From assembly GCA_013239625.1 (NCBI GenBank), contig MU053810.1, forward strand, positions 1,187,320 through 1,251,319: DNA of 64,000 bases, read 5' to 3'. This DNA comes from Lama guanicoe. Taxonomy: Eukaryota. Shown piece after piece: positions 29,681-42,090 of this stretch. Made by a program: the position numbers and the translations under genes. Each line of letters starts with the position of its first letter. The stretch's first letter is position 1. A model generated the notes under the pieces. It was not told where the DNA came from. It saw only the letters and a list, made by a program, of their open reading frames with translations, and ran no database searches.

Positions 29681-32600
29681 TATATCAACATGGCAGGACA
29701 AACACACCCTATAAAATAAATGCAGTCTCAGTTCTAGGCTGTGAAACAGACTTACTTCTAAGTAAAGTTGTTAGTTAACCTTACCGTAGTCATTGACACG
29801 AGCAGAAATACCTAACGGTACCTTACATGAGCATATGTACGTAACTCTTCCAAATGGATAAACTATGCTTTAATACATATGCTTAAATGAATAAAATGTG
29901 CTTTTTCTAGACTGACATCATTCATTTCCATGTGTGCCCTGTGCATTCCTTCACCACAGTGTTGAGTGTCAAGATCTCAGTTCAGAGTGACTGTATACAG
30001 ATTTAAATATAAAATGTATATGTAATATAGATAATGTATGTCTAACATGTGTGTATATATTAGATATATATGTATACATAATGCAACATGTGTTACATAT
30101 CATATAACTATGTGATGCAGTGGAAATACCATCCCCTTATCTCTCAGCAGATGTTTACTGAGTCACTGCAGCGTGCCCGGTACTGGGGTTACAACAGCAA
30201 ACACGTGCCCAGCCCCCTGCCCTCTGGATTCCTTTCTCTTAAGGCAAATATACGGGCCTAAGAAAGGTCTTGACAACTCTCTTTATGTTCATGAACTCAT
30301 ATGAGTATTATCATCACAAAGAATATCAAGTCTTAGGATAAATGTAGATCCTCAGAAATAACTCTTTGCTGATAAGCTATTATTATATTTGTGCTTAGGA
30401 GATAGATACATTCAGCTAGCTTTCTAGCAACCTCATTAGCTTGATTCTATCGATAAGTAGATGAAATACACACATTTTATGTTTGCAAATTTAACCAAAT
30501 GCAGCAATGATTAATTGTGGCTCTAGTTAACACATCTGGGATATTCCACTGGAATTAATATGGTTAAAAATACCATTTATGTTTTTCTACTATCAGAGTG
30601 CTGGCTTGTCAGTAATCCATAAAGAAGATTTTAATAATTCATTGTATCGCTCTCCAGTCTTCAAAGGTTAAACTATTACTGCATTTTTTTCCTACCAGGA
30701 CAGGGTTAAAACCCTTAACTTGTCCAGAGTTTGGCTTCAGTACAGGGAGTTCAAAAATCAGAGCCAAAATTAGAGTGTTTGTGCCAACAAGAAGGGTGGA
30801 AGGAGCACATGACTGGACCCATCTGTAGCAAATTGCCTTTGATGATGCAACAAAAAATACTTAAAACACAACAGAGAACGGTGAATGATTTCAGTAATGA
30901 AGGGCAAAACCCTCTGGAAGACTGATAAAGATACCAGTGCAGGAAAAACAAAACAGCATTTCTTCCAGGAAGAGATTTTGAAAAGGAAAATCCATTTCTT
31001 TAACCTTTAAAGGCTACGGCTTCTCTCCAGGCTCTGTCCCATTTATATTTTTTCCTAACCTCAGGTTGGCACTAATAATATTTAGTGAAATTGACTATGA
31101 AGCCCTGAGATGGAATGTCACAACGCAATGTCTTTGCAATTTTATGATCAATAAAATACCCTTCTACCAGAACATGGTAATCAGTGTATGGGGAATGAAT
31201 TTCAAGCCAAACAATAATAGAAGTATTGGTGAGATAAATATCTTTTAGATGTTAAAGATGCCATATGCAGAAAATAAACAGAGCAACACATAGACTAAAA
31301 CGAGGAGAGCTACAATTTTTGGAGAAGTCTTGAAATAAAAGCTTAAAGGCTTATGAGTCAGTGAGCTAGAGAGAATTTAGGAATGACAGAGATAATTATT
31401 ACCCCATAATATTTGTGCATGGACTGGTAATTGCTTTCTGGCTCCAGAGCTATAGATTCAGAGTGAAATTTAACAAATGAGAATTGCATTTTTGCACTTA
31501 ATGATGAGACGCAGAATGTTCTGGATCTGTGGTTTACTGGAACAATGTGAAATAGTGAGTGCCTTATATAATCTTCTGAGCTAGATTTGCTGTCTGTCTA
31601 GAATGCTTTCCTGAAGTTTATGCATCTGAATTTTCATTTTCCTTTCAGTGTGGGGAGTTTATGAAGCTTCACTAATTGGGCTGGACATTTCTATGAGAAA
31701 TGCGAAGCATGGAATAAGGATAGCATTTTCATTCTTCGCTCGTGTGATCCAAGCATGCCCCCAAGAGAAGTAGTTTGGGTCTGCACATTCTTTCTGTCCC
31801 ACTTTAGGGCAATTCCATCACTAATCAGGCTCTGCCCCCACTGGGGTGTTCATAACTTCCACTCTGAGGACGTGGAGCCCCTAATGAGATGCTGCAGCCT
31901 GTGTGGTACTCACTTCGTACTCATGTCATACCCTCAGGTTGGAAGATGCCCCTTAGAAGGGAAAGACTGAGATTCAACCAAAGAAAAAAGCACTCATTCT
32001 AATTGAAGAAGTTTTGTGAAGCCTACTGAGTGCTCTGTGAGGTTCAGTCCAATCTGGCTTGGAAGATTTTATCAAGTTGTCATTGTTTATATTGTTCCAG
32101 CAAAGCATGGGTCTAGATAGGGTGGACTCTCTCCGTTCCATTGTAAAGATTAAATCCTGCTTAGTTAGTTTTACTCTACAGCTGTTTCTTTGAGAGATAG
32201 AAATTTACTGTTACTCTAGGCACAAATACAATTATTTCCACTCTCTTTGATGTAATTTAACTCAAACGGTCATGATTTAGAAATAATAGGCTTTAAAGTT
32301 TAATGTAATACTAAAAGGACCAAAAAACCCAACCCTACAATGAAGTACTCTCTGCAAATGGTGATGCTAAGGTTTGAACTGAATGCGTTAAGCATTGAGT
32401 CATCCTGCTGGCAAGAAGTATAGTACAGGTGGCGCTTTGAGAGTTCATGGAAGAGTATCAGAATATTGAGGGACTCCAATGGCAGGTCATCATGTGTTTA
32501 AAGAGATGACACAATGGACCTTGGTGTCAGTAATGAAGAGAGGAAAAACCAAGGGGTCGAGGCCCTGGAGGAAGGTTGTGGGTTCCTTCCCCACATGATG

Positions 32601-34412
32601 TGCAGAACTGAACTCTTAAAAACAACTTGTTGAACTGGCAGCTTCATGTCACCCTGGAGCACTTCCTTCTGCCATTCATGAAGGCCAGGAGTCTGATTTC
32701 CATCTGCATAAGGATGACCATGCTAACAGTAAACACGGTTTGACGTAGGAACATGCTGGAAAATAAGAGTGACATGAGATGATTCTGTCATATGAATCCT
32801 TTACGGTGGGCCTTAATCTAATAGGGATGGCATAAAAATAATGGGTGAAACCAATCATAGAATAGATGGTGTAACGTGTACCGCTAAAATAAAACCAACA
32901 AAAGAATAAATGGAAAACAATTTGTTTAGAATGTATATTCAATTAAATGAGTTGAGCTAAGAGTTTGGCAATCTAGCTCATATTTCTGGAATTATGTTGA
33001 TTGTTCCTTAACATACTTGTAACTAATTCCAGCGCAACCAAAACTCAGAAAGAGGTATTACTGACTGTCCTACACAGAGAGATACCATACCGTGAGATTT
33101 GCCTTTTCACGTGGGACACTTCAAAAAAAACAGAGCTAAAGTCACTTGCAGGGCTACAAGTAAAATATTGCAGGAAGACATTTGTTGCTTTTGTTAAATG
33201 GACAATTCACTGTAACTTGCTTCTGTATCCAGAAACTTCTCCAATTATGTTGCGTTTAAGTATTAACATTTGCTTTAAAAATCACATCGTTTCTTGCTGA
33301 ATCTTGAAATGGCCTTTATCAAAAGCGATAAAATTCTGAGCTGAGTTTGCTTGGCAGCCAGATTAACATCAGGTACCAGTGAAGTCCGGGTCTCTAGCTG
33401 ACAAAAGGCTGGCTCTTTAAAATCGAATTGTCAAAGGGTTGAAAGAAAGAAAATAAAAAGGAAAATGCAGCAAAGGGAAGGAAGACAGTATTGCAACAGG
33501 GGGACCACTTTCCGAAAAGCATATTAATGGCTGACATGAATTATTTTGGGATTTGTCTTTTCAGATATTATAGCTGTACGTTTAATGACATCTTTAAAAG
33601 AACGGCTAGGGGCTATTTCCTCCCCGTGTCCTCTTCTGCCACGGGCCCTTTCCAAGACAGCGGTGATCTGCCCTTAAATAGCTATTAAATGACAGTGGGA
33701 AGTAAACCCCAGCCCTTTGTATTAGTTGTTAAAAATGAGGCTTTTTCTTATTCTTAGCCTTTATAGTGGAGTTTTGGCTGTATATTTTGATTTTTTTAAT
33801 CTCTCTTTGGTCTTTACCTGTTATTCATGATTTATCCCCCATTTCCTTCCACTGTCATTAGTGACTCACCCCTGGGGTGGGGGAAGAATGGCTTCTGGTG
33901 ACTTTCAAGATACGATAGAAGTCAGTAGGTTATGGTAGATATACATAGTGCCTGTGCATACACTGTGTGTGTATGTATGTGTACATGTATGTGTATCCCT
34001 TACGTATCTACGTGTATGTGTTAAGTCGTGGCTGACAAGTGTGGAATTGGAAGTAGGGTATGATTGTTCTTGGTGGGTTGTAGTGAATTGCAAGGGTAAT
34101 GAAAACAAAAAACTGAATGATTCGGTGCCTCTTCTGTCTGTTGTATACAAAGAGCTGCATGTGTTGACTTGAGTTGCTTAGAACTGGAGAGGGAGGTAGG
34201 AGGGAAAGACCGCCAGCAGGTACTGGGTCCTGCTTCCTGACAGCACAGATGGACTTCACGTGGAGACCTCTGAGGTCCAGGGTTGTGCAGTGGGTGGTTG
34301 CAGGGTGACTCTTTGTCCTTCGAGTCTCCTTCTAGCCACAAGCTACCTGCTCATTCATTAGTCTTCCCTCCTCACCCAATCTCAAGGCACTAATCTAATC
34401 CTTGAGAATGAT

Positions 34413-34517
34413 GTATATACATATATATACACATACACACACATATATACATATGATATATACAAATATGAGTATGTATGATATATATACACACACATAC
34501 GTATATGTGTGTGTATA
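34413..34517. repeat. (TA)/(CA)-rich compound microsatellite
   Basis: gtatatacatatatatacacatacacacacatatatac... Confidence 0.85.
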
Positions 34518-34689
34518 TTTTTTCTTATTTTTATTTTTCTTCATCTTACTCCCAAAACATCTCGCTGGGAAAAAAAAATAGGATAAATGATGATACTGTT
34601 TAAGTAATATGATTTATATTTTAGAAACAGATTTTTAATTTTCTGGTAACTTTAATGTTCATGTGTGAACGTATGTTAGTCAAATGTGA

Positions 34690-34850
34690 GTGTCTTCCAT
34701 GTTAAGCATTGTGTTAGAAGCTTCAAATGTTTGATCTCCAATCCTTACAAAAGACTTCAAGGCAGGTAGGACAGTTTTCACTTTTCAGATGAGGAAAGTG
34801 AGGCTCATAGTTGTTAAAAAACATATCTAATAAGTAGAGAGCTGGGTTAT
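34690..34850 (-). mobile_element. MIR SINE
   Basis: ttttcagatgaggaaagtgaggctcatag is the MIR core in antisense. Confidence 0.65.
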
Positions 34851-35232
34851 TTTCATTACAGTCCACTGAGATCAAAATAAAATAAAGATAGATGAGTCAA
34901 ATTTGAAAATAGTGAGATATTTAATTTAGTTTCTTTTATTTGTGTGTGTGTGTGTGTATGTGTGAATAGTGAGAGATTTTAGTTCATTTATCATTTACCA
35001 TGTGGTTTCAGGGATGAGAAATACCTACAGAAAGCGACATGGTCCTCCTGTCCAAGTTTCATGGAAGATATCACTAATTGGTGACAATATTTACTGCTAA
35101 GTTTTGGAATTTTAGTCTTTGATAGATGAGAGGAAATTCTGGCACCTAAAATCTGTGGATAGAACTTTGTATCCTTTTCATCCTTTTCAATATGTTCCCC
35201 CTTTTCTAATTACCCTTGTCTTTTAGATACTC

Positions 35233-35272
35233 TGTGTGTGTCTGTGTGTCTGTGTGTCTGTGTCTGTGTCTG
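35233..35272. repeat. (TG)/(TGTC) microsatellite
   Basis: tgtgtgtgtctgtgtgtctgtgtgtctgtgtctgtgtctg. Confidence 0.85.
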
Positions 35273-37149
35273 CAGCTTCTTTTTACTAACAAATGCAGCT
35301 ATGAGGAATGTCTACAGCCAACATGTAGGTCAGTGTACTAGGGTTTGCTTAATTTTTACCGAGTGAGTTTTCCCTTGAACTACATTTTTATCACTCAGTT
35401 TCCTTTTGTTATACTCTAGTATCTCCATCTTTAATCCTTGGAACAAGGATATGAATAAATAAATGCAATAATTATTCCTTATTGCTGTCCTTAGTAAACT
35501 TCTTACCATTTATTGCCGAGTAATTAATCTGCCACTCATGGGCATTTGGGTCTCGGTGCTGTTGCCTGAGGCTTCAAGAGACACACACAGCTCTTGATGA
35601 TATTAAACCTTAATGAGCCTGGCTCTCAGATTTTTTATATACATAATAAATTGAAAGGCTAAATCAAATCAAACTTTCATTTTTTAGTTTTTACCCTGGC
35701 ACTTCAGCAGTTAAACTGTCCAGACAATAAATTATGGAGTCGGTGTTTTTATTACCTTTTTAAAGAGAAATATTGCATTTGGCTTAGCAGAGTCCTAAAC
35801 CACCGCTTGCGTGCGGCCTCTTGTCAGTGTGTCCATCCAGTTCCAGGTGGTGGGCAGCGATTCGGGCGTTAGATTCAGAGAAGTCTGGGGCCAGTCTCTG
35901 CTCTATCCTTCTATGTCTTATTACGTGTTCACAGCCGCAAGTCTTCTAAGTACTCTGAGCCTCAATTTTCTTATTTATAAAATGGATTCATAGTAGGTAC
36001 ATTTTAGGTTGGTAGTCCTTTTTTTCAATGCGTCTTTTTATTTTACTAATATATTTTGAGATTAAAAGTTTGAATATATTTCACTTGTTTATTAAATAAT
36101 AAGCAGTATTCCTATTTTGGTAAATCCAATGATTTATTCAAGCAGGAAATTTCTCTCCTTCTTTATCCACACCTAATATATACTTTTCTGGGTAGTAATA
36201 CCCTTATATATTTAATTTTTGTGCTTACAATTAGACAGTATTGGTTTCCAGAGGATTTTAAATTGAAATTTTTACTTCTAATACTCTACTGCAAGATTCT
36301 TTATTCATATTTTATTTTAAAAAAATGTATATACCAGTGCCCCTTGGGAAGAAAGAATTGTACAAGGAACTTAACTTGAAGTTCGTCATTCCTTTGTACA
36401 CGTTTGCTGTTTCGCACACATGTATTTGTTTTATTTTCCGTCTCACAATTTCCCACCCCGGAGGAAGAGCGCGACAGGACACTCTCACGAGTGACGCTGT
36501 GCCGAGGGACAGGCACAGTCACTCATGACTGACATTTTGCTCCAGACCTTGCTGCCTCCTCTTATTAGTCTTTCTGTCAGATGCCTCCAAAAGACTCCTC
36601 ATTTTAATTTTTCCCCCTTGTTCCTCTGTGTTTGGCCATATGAATGTTTTTCTCCTTCAGGAACCAAATGTAGTGTGAAAGACAGTAGAAACAAGCCATC
36701 AAACACAAAGTAGGAAATCACCTTGAATATCATAGATTGGGAATTTTAATTGGGTTAGTGAGCCTTCTCTTTAAAGTGAGTAAAGACCTTGCAAGAATAA
36801 TTCTGAATGTAACTTCGTCAGAATAATCAGCTCCATGGTCTGTCCTTTATTATAAATAATTCTTACTCCTTTTTATATCACCTAAGGTTTAAAACAATTA
36901 TTGTCCGTCTCAGGGAATCACCTCTATAAATGTAATAACTTACTGTTTAGAGAACATATCTTTTAGTGAATTTTTAAATGTGTATTATGACAGGCTGTGC
37001 AATTTAAGCCTATTAAAACTAGTTTTTACCTATATGAGAGAAAGAATCTGAAATCCAATAGAAGTTTCATAGAGACGCTTTGAGACGAAGGTCAGCCAGT
37101 ACTAACAATTCCATGCAACATCTTAAGTCACCAAGTTGAAATGAAGTAT

Positions 37150-38110
37150 ATATTCATTGATCAAACAAATGCCTTTTTAGTGCCTACACTAAGCCGGGCT
37201 CTGTTTTAGGCATGGGAGATCCAGAGGGGAATAAGATGGAGAAAGCTCTTGTCTTCATGGACTTTGAATTGTGATGGGGAAGACAGACAATGAAGAATTA
37301 TTGAAATAATTGAAACATAAAGTGATACTGGAAAATGAGAAACAAAAGTACTATATAAACATTAAAGCAAGGTGACGCGGATTGAGTTGGAATGGAACCC
37401 ACCCTGAGGGTCTCGGGAAGGCTTCTCCAAGGTGCCATTTGAAGAGCAAAGGACAATCACTAATGTTGTATTCCTGTAATTCCAGTAGTTGCTCTATTGA
37501 TACGATCTGCTGTTTCTCCTCCAAACCGGCAATGTCAGAGGCCCCTGCCAACTGTTTGAAAAGGATATTGGTAGACTCTGGATGTTTTATAATAAGCACA
37601 TTGTCAGATTGCACTCTTCATATTACATACACGTTTAGTATCAGCCATGTAATGCACTTTTATTTCCTGCTCACCCAAATATGTAGACACCTTACTATAA
37701 GCTGGGCACTGTGCTAGGTACGGCTGATCGGAGTTTGCCCAGCATTCGATTCTGTTTATTTAATGGGGGAGATAGATATTTATCAAGTCTTGACACTAAT
37801 GAAGAGCGTATATAATTGGGAGCGTGATAAGGGCTAAGAAGGAGAAAGAAGTACGTAGTGCTTTCACAGTCCCTGGCCGGGCGGTATGACCTTGTCAGGG
37901 AGGTCAGTGAAGGCTGCCATGAGGAAGTGATGATTCCACTGAAGTGTGACTGGGGATTAACGAGGTAGAAATGGGGAAAGAAAAAGTGCATTTCATATAA
38001 ATGTGCTGAGATGGCCAGGTCACTTCCAGTGGCCAGTGAACATGGAGGAAAAAATGAACATCTGTGTAGAAAATGAGAAGACTCAACAGAAGGTCACACA
38101 CGGGGACTTT
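37150..38110 (-). mobile_element. L2 LINE fragments (about 37150-37450 and 37690-38110)
   Basis: ttcattgatcaaacaaatgcctttttagtgcctacactaagccgggctctgttttaggcatgggagat and ctgggcactgtgctaggta...gtcagtgaaggctgccatgaggaagtga. Confidence 0.6.
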
Positions 38111-39469
38111 GTGACCATTCTGTAAACAGACAGGAGACCCACAGCGCAAGGGCTTCTCTAGTCCAGGTAAAGATGTGGCTCCTGACCCCACAGGAAGATC
38201 CTTGTCGGGTTTGCGGCTGCTCCAATATGGCAAAGACTCACACATATGTATATACAGAAATATATGTATCAGATCTGTGTGTGCCTATGAATGACAGAGA
38301 AACTGAATTTTCTATCTTGTACAGTGTAAATGAGGTTGTGATACTGTTCTTGGAATCCCTGGGAAATAGAAAGATTGGAATGGTTAAAAAAAATAAGTGA
38401 TTTTAAGAAATTAGACAATTTTAGCTTTATTGATCTTTGTGCTTTACATTCAACTGCCTTCATCAGCTCAATGTCCCAGACTGGTTGCCTTCAATTTTAA
38501 AGAATTTTATCAACAAATAAATGTTTTAGATTTAAAAGAACATTACTCTAGCAAAACATGAGGATATACTGCTTAAAATGTGTTCATGGAATGTACATCT
38601 AAAACCACACATGTCTATCCAGTGAGTATATTGGTTTAACCTTCAGAATCATTCTGTCAGGGCAGAGGACCTCCTATAAACACAAGAGCCCCTGACTGAG
38701 TACAGATTGTATTCCCAGTACAGTAGCTGTTTGCAAGGTATTTCTGTGGACATTCAAAACAGCCTACACTTGATTTCATCTTATTTTTGAAAATTCAACC
38801 TAGGGTTAAGCTATATATAAACTTTGAACATTGGAGTTTTAAAGAACATAAATTTGTAGTATTTAATTTTTCAAATACTTAATATTTAGATGATTTAAGA
38901 AATATATGTATTTGTCTGTGAGATACAGATATTATACTCAACTCTAGCCACTCCTTTCAATTTTTAAAAAGATACTTTAAAAACATTTCATCGTAGCTCT
39001 GGAGGGTTCTAATACCATGTAGCATCATTATTCAATATTTTAGTCTTGTCTGGAGGCAGAAGACAAACTAGTGATTAGGACCAAACATGTATTAAATGAC
39101 TTTTTGTTGTTATTAGTTAGGTTCAGAATGACTCCTGTATGACATTGCATCTTTTTAATGCATCACTTACGTACTTCAGTTCTTGTGAGCAGTGTGTTTA
39201 TTGAACCATCTTTTACATTTAAAAAACTGGTGAAATTAAAAAATAATATAATAGCAAAAATAATTCATGAGCAGGCCAAACACAGAAATAAAGTTTTGTT
39301 TAATTGGAATATTTGGAAGCTGTGCTCTATTAGCTTAAGAATGAGTAAAGGTCAGTTAGTTCTTATAGTTACTTGTTTTTTCTGACTTTTTCAAACTTGA
39401 TTTGATAATTTTTCATTACTCCGGAGAATTACATAAAAGATATTTTATACAAATATGTGAATTCATATA

Positions 39470-40030
39470 TTTTAATTTATTTATTAAAACGTTTTATTTT
39501 AGAATAATTTTAGATTTATGTGATTGTTGTAAAGATTGTTCAGCCCCTGTATACCCCACACCCAAGTTCCCCCAATTATTAGTATCTTGCATTTGTCACA
39601 GTTAATAAACCAGTGTTACACATTATTAGTAACTGAAAGTCCACACTTTATTCAGATTTTCTGTTTTTCCCTAATAACATTTTTCTGTTGAAATAGTCGT
39701 GAGCCTTCTTGGTGTCAGTGACATTATTTTGTACATTTGTAATACTTTTAGACTGTTTTGCCACATTGTGCCTTCCTTCCTGGGATATTTCAGCCTTCTA
39801 AAGATTTTTTTTAATTGCGTACATTAAGGTTACTTTTGTGTTGTGAAATTCTATGGGTTTTGACAAGTGCTCAGTGTCTTACATTTACCGTTACAATGCT
39901 ATCAAGAAAAGTTTCATGGCCTTAAAATAAAATCCCCTGTGCTTATTAATCTATTCAGGTCCCTTCCGACACTCTGAATCATCTCTATAGTTTTGGCTTT
40001 CCCAGAATGTGATGTCGATTGTCATGACAG
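39470..40030 (-). mobile_element. Old L1 (L1MC-type) 3' fragments
   Basis: ttttattttagaataattttagattta...cattattagtaactgaaagtccacactttattcagatttt and ttctatgggttttgacaagtg...tctctatagttttggctttcccagaatgt. Confidence 0.65.
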
Positions 40031-41442
40031 TTGTATTCCAGAGGAGTATTTTGGAGTGAATGTAGTTCTTCTCACATTAAAGGTGCTATGAATATTGGCC
40101 AAGGAAGTGTGATTTGTTCTAGATGGTTCCATGGAGGAGTAAATGCTAAGCACTGCAGAAGGACAAGACCACAATTATTATGCTTGTATCTTTGTAGTTA
40201 ACACAGATGTGATCTGTTGGCTAAGGTGTGTGTCCTGGAGTCACCATTTTTGTTTCACTTTGTTTTCTTTTGCGTTTGCTTTGTTTTCCTCAGAGGCCTG
40301 AACACTTTGTTCCACTGTTTTCTATATTTAATATTTTAATTGAGAGGACCCTGGTTACCAGCATAATTCTCATTCTGTGTAAGTAGACTGCTTCCTGTAT
40401 CTTGAAACTTGAGGCATTTTCTTTTAAACTCCAAGTTTGGAGATTTCTGCAGGGTGTGCCCTGATCTTAAAATCTTGAGCTGTTCTTAGGCTTAGAAATT
40501 TTCATTTATTATTCTTTCTTATTATTGCTCTTCCTCAATCTAGTCTCCCCTTTATTCTAGACCTTTTGCATTTAAGTGTGGATTTTCTAAATCAAGCCAC
40601 ATCTCTTGTCATTTCACTCACAATGTTTAATTCTTTTCATTACGCGTTTTTGCATTTTGTTAATAATAAGCATTATTACAATATTATATCAACGACCAAT
40701 GTAGTTGCTCCATTAACATTACTTACTTTAATCCTCACACCAACACTATGACATAAACACATTTACTCTCCACTTTATAGATGAAATAACCGCCAATAGG
40801 GGCAGGGCTCAGGTTTAGATCTGACAGTCTGACTTCAGAGCCTGCAGGCACATCATGGTGACACATACTGTGTTTTGAGATAATTCCATTTCATCTTTCA
40901 TATCTCATGTTTGGCTTCTAGAAGTCTCAATTCTATAATTTAGTTCAGTTTTTTTTCCTGAAGTCAGTTTTTTAAAAATAGCCCTCAAACCTTTGTGTTC
41001 TCAAATGACCCATTCCAATTACTTCCGAAGATTTTTGGTAGTTTCTTAAAAAAAAAAAGATTTTATTTTTTAAGGGCAGTTTTAGGTTTACAACAACCTT
41101 CAGAGAAATGTACAGAGATTCCCCGTCCCCACACATGCATAGCCTCCCCGGTTAGCAGCATCACTCACCAAAATAATACATTTTTTACCAGGTATAAACC
41201 TACACGGGCACATCATAATCACTCAAGGTCCATAGTTTATTTTAGGGTTCACTGTTGGTGTTGTACTTTCCGTGGGTTTGAACAGAAGTTTAATGACACA
41301 TAACCATCATAGAGAGTATTTCCACTGTCCTAAAAATCCTGAAATTCCCGTGTGCCCTGTCTGTTTATCTCTTCTCCCCGCCCCCTGGCAACAGCTGATC
41401 TTTTCTTTGCCTCTATAGTTTTGCCTTTTCTGGACTAGTTTT

Positions 41443-41802
41443 TTTTTTAACGTTTTTTATTGATTTATAATCATTTTACAATGTTGTGTCAAATTCCAGT
41501 GTAGAGCACAATTTTTCAATTATACACGAACATATATATATTCATTGTCACGTCTTTTTCTCTGAGCTACCATAAGATCTTGCATATTTCCCTGTGCTAT
41601 ACAGTATAAACTTGTTGTTTTTCTATTTTATATATATATTAGTATCTGCAAATCTCAAATTCCCAATTTATCTCTTCCCACTCCCTCCTCCCCTGGTAAC
41701 CTGTAAGTTTGTTTTCTATGTCTGTGAGTCTGTTTTTTGTAAATAAGTTCTTCTTTTTTTTTAGATTCCACATATAAGTGATATCATACAGTATTTTTCT
41801 TT
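41443..41802 (-). mobile_element. Younger L1 3' UTR fragment nested in the old L1
   Basis: Same 3' terminus as 7768-8015 (tttattgatttataatcattttacaatgttgtgtcaaattccagtg). Candidate TSD ctagtttt at 41435-41442 and 41803-41810. Confidence 0.85.
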
Positions 41803-42090
41803 CTAGTTTTCAGTCTTTTGGATAAATGCCAAAGAGTGAGATTGTTGGATCATACAAGTATAATTCGTTTTGTAAAAAAAAAAAAAAAAACTGCCAGAAC
41901 ATCTCCCAGAGTAGCTGTGCGATTTGAGACTTCCTGTTGTTCCAATTTCTAGTTTTCAGTCTTTTGGATTAATGCCAAAGAGTGAGATTGTTGGATCATA
42001 CAAGTATAATTCGTTTTGTAAAAAAAAAAAAAAAAACTGCCAGAACATCTCCCAGAGTAGCTGTGCGATTTGAGACTTCCTGTTGTTCCA
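41800..42090. repeat. Tandem duplication, two 145-bp copies (41800-41944 and 41946-42090)
   Basis: One substitution seen (ggatAaatg vs ggatTaatg); both copies have an A17 run; a single extra a lies between them. Confidence 0.95.

Noticed and set aside
41800..42090. CRISPR-like or satellite array
   Set aside because: Only two adjacent copies of L1-derived sequence, with no spacers.
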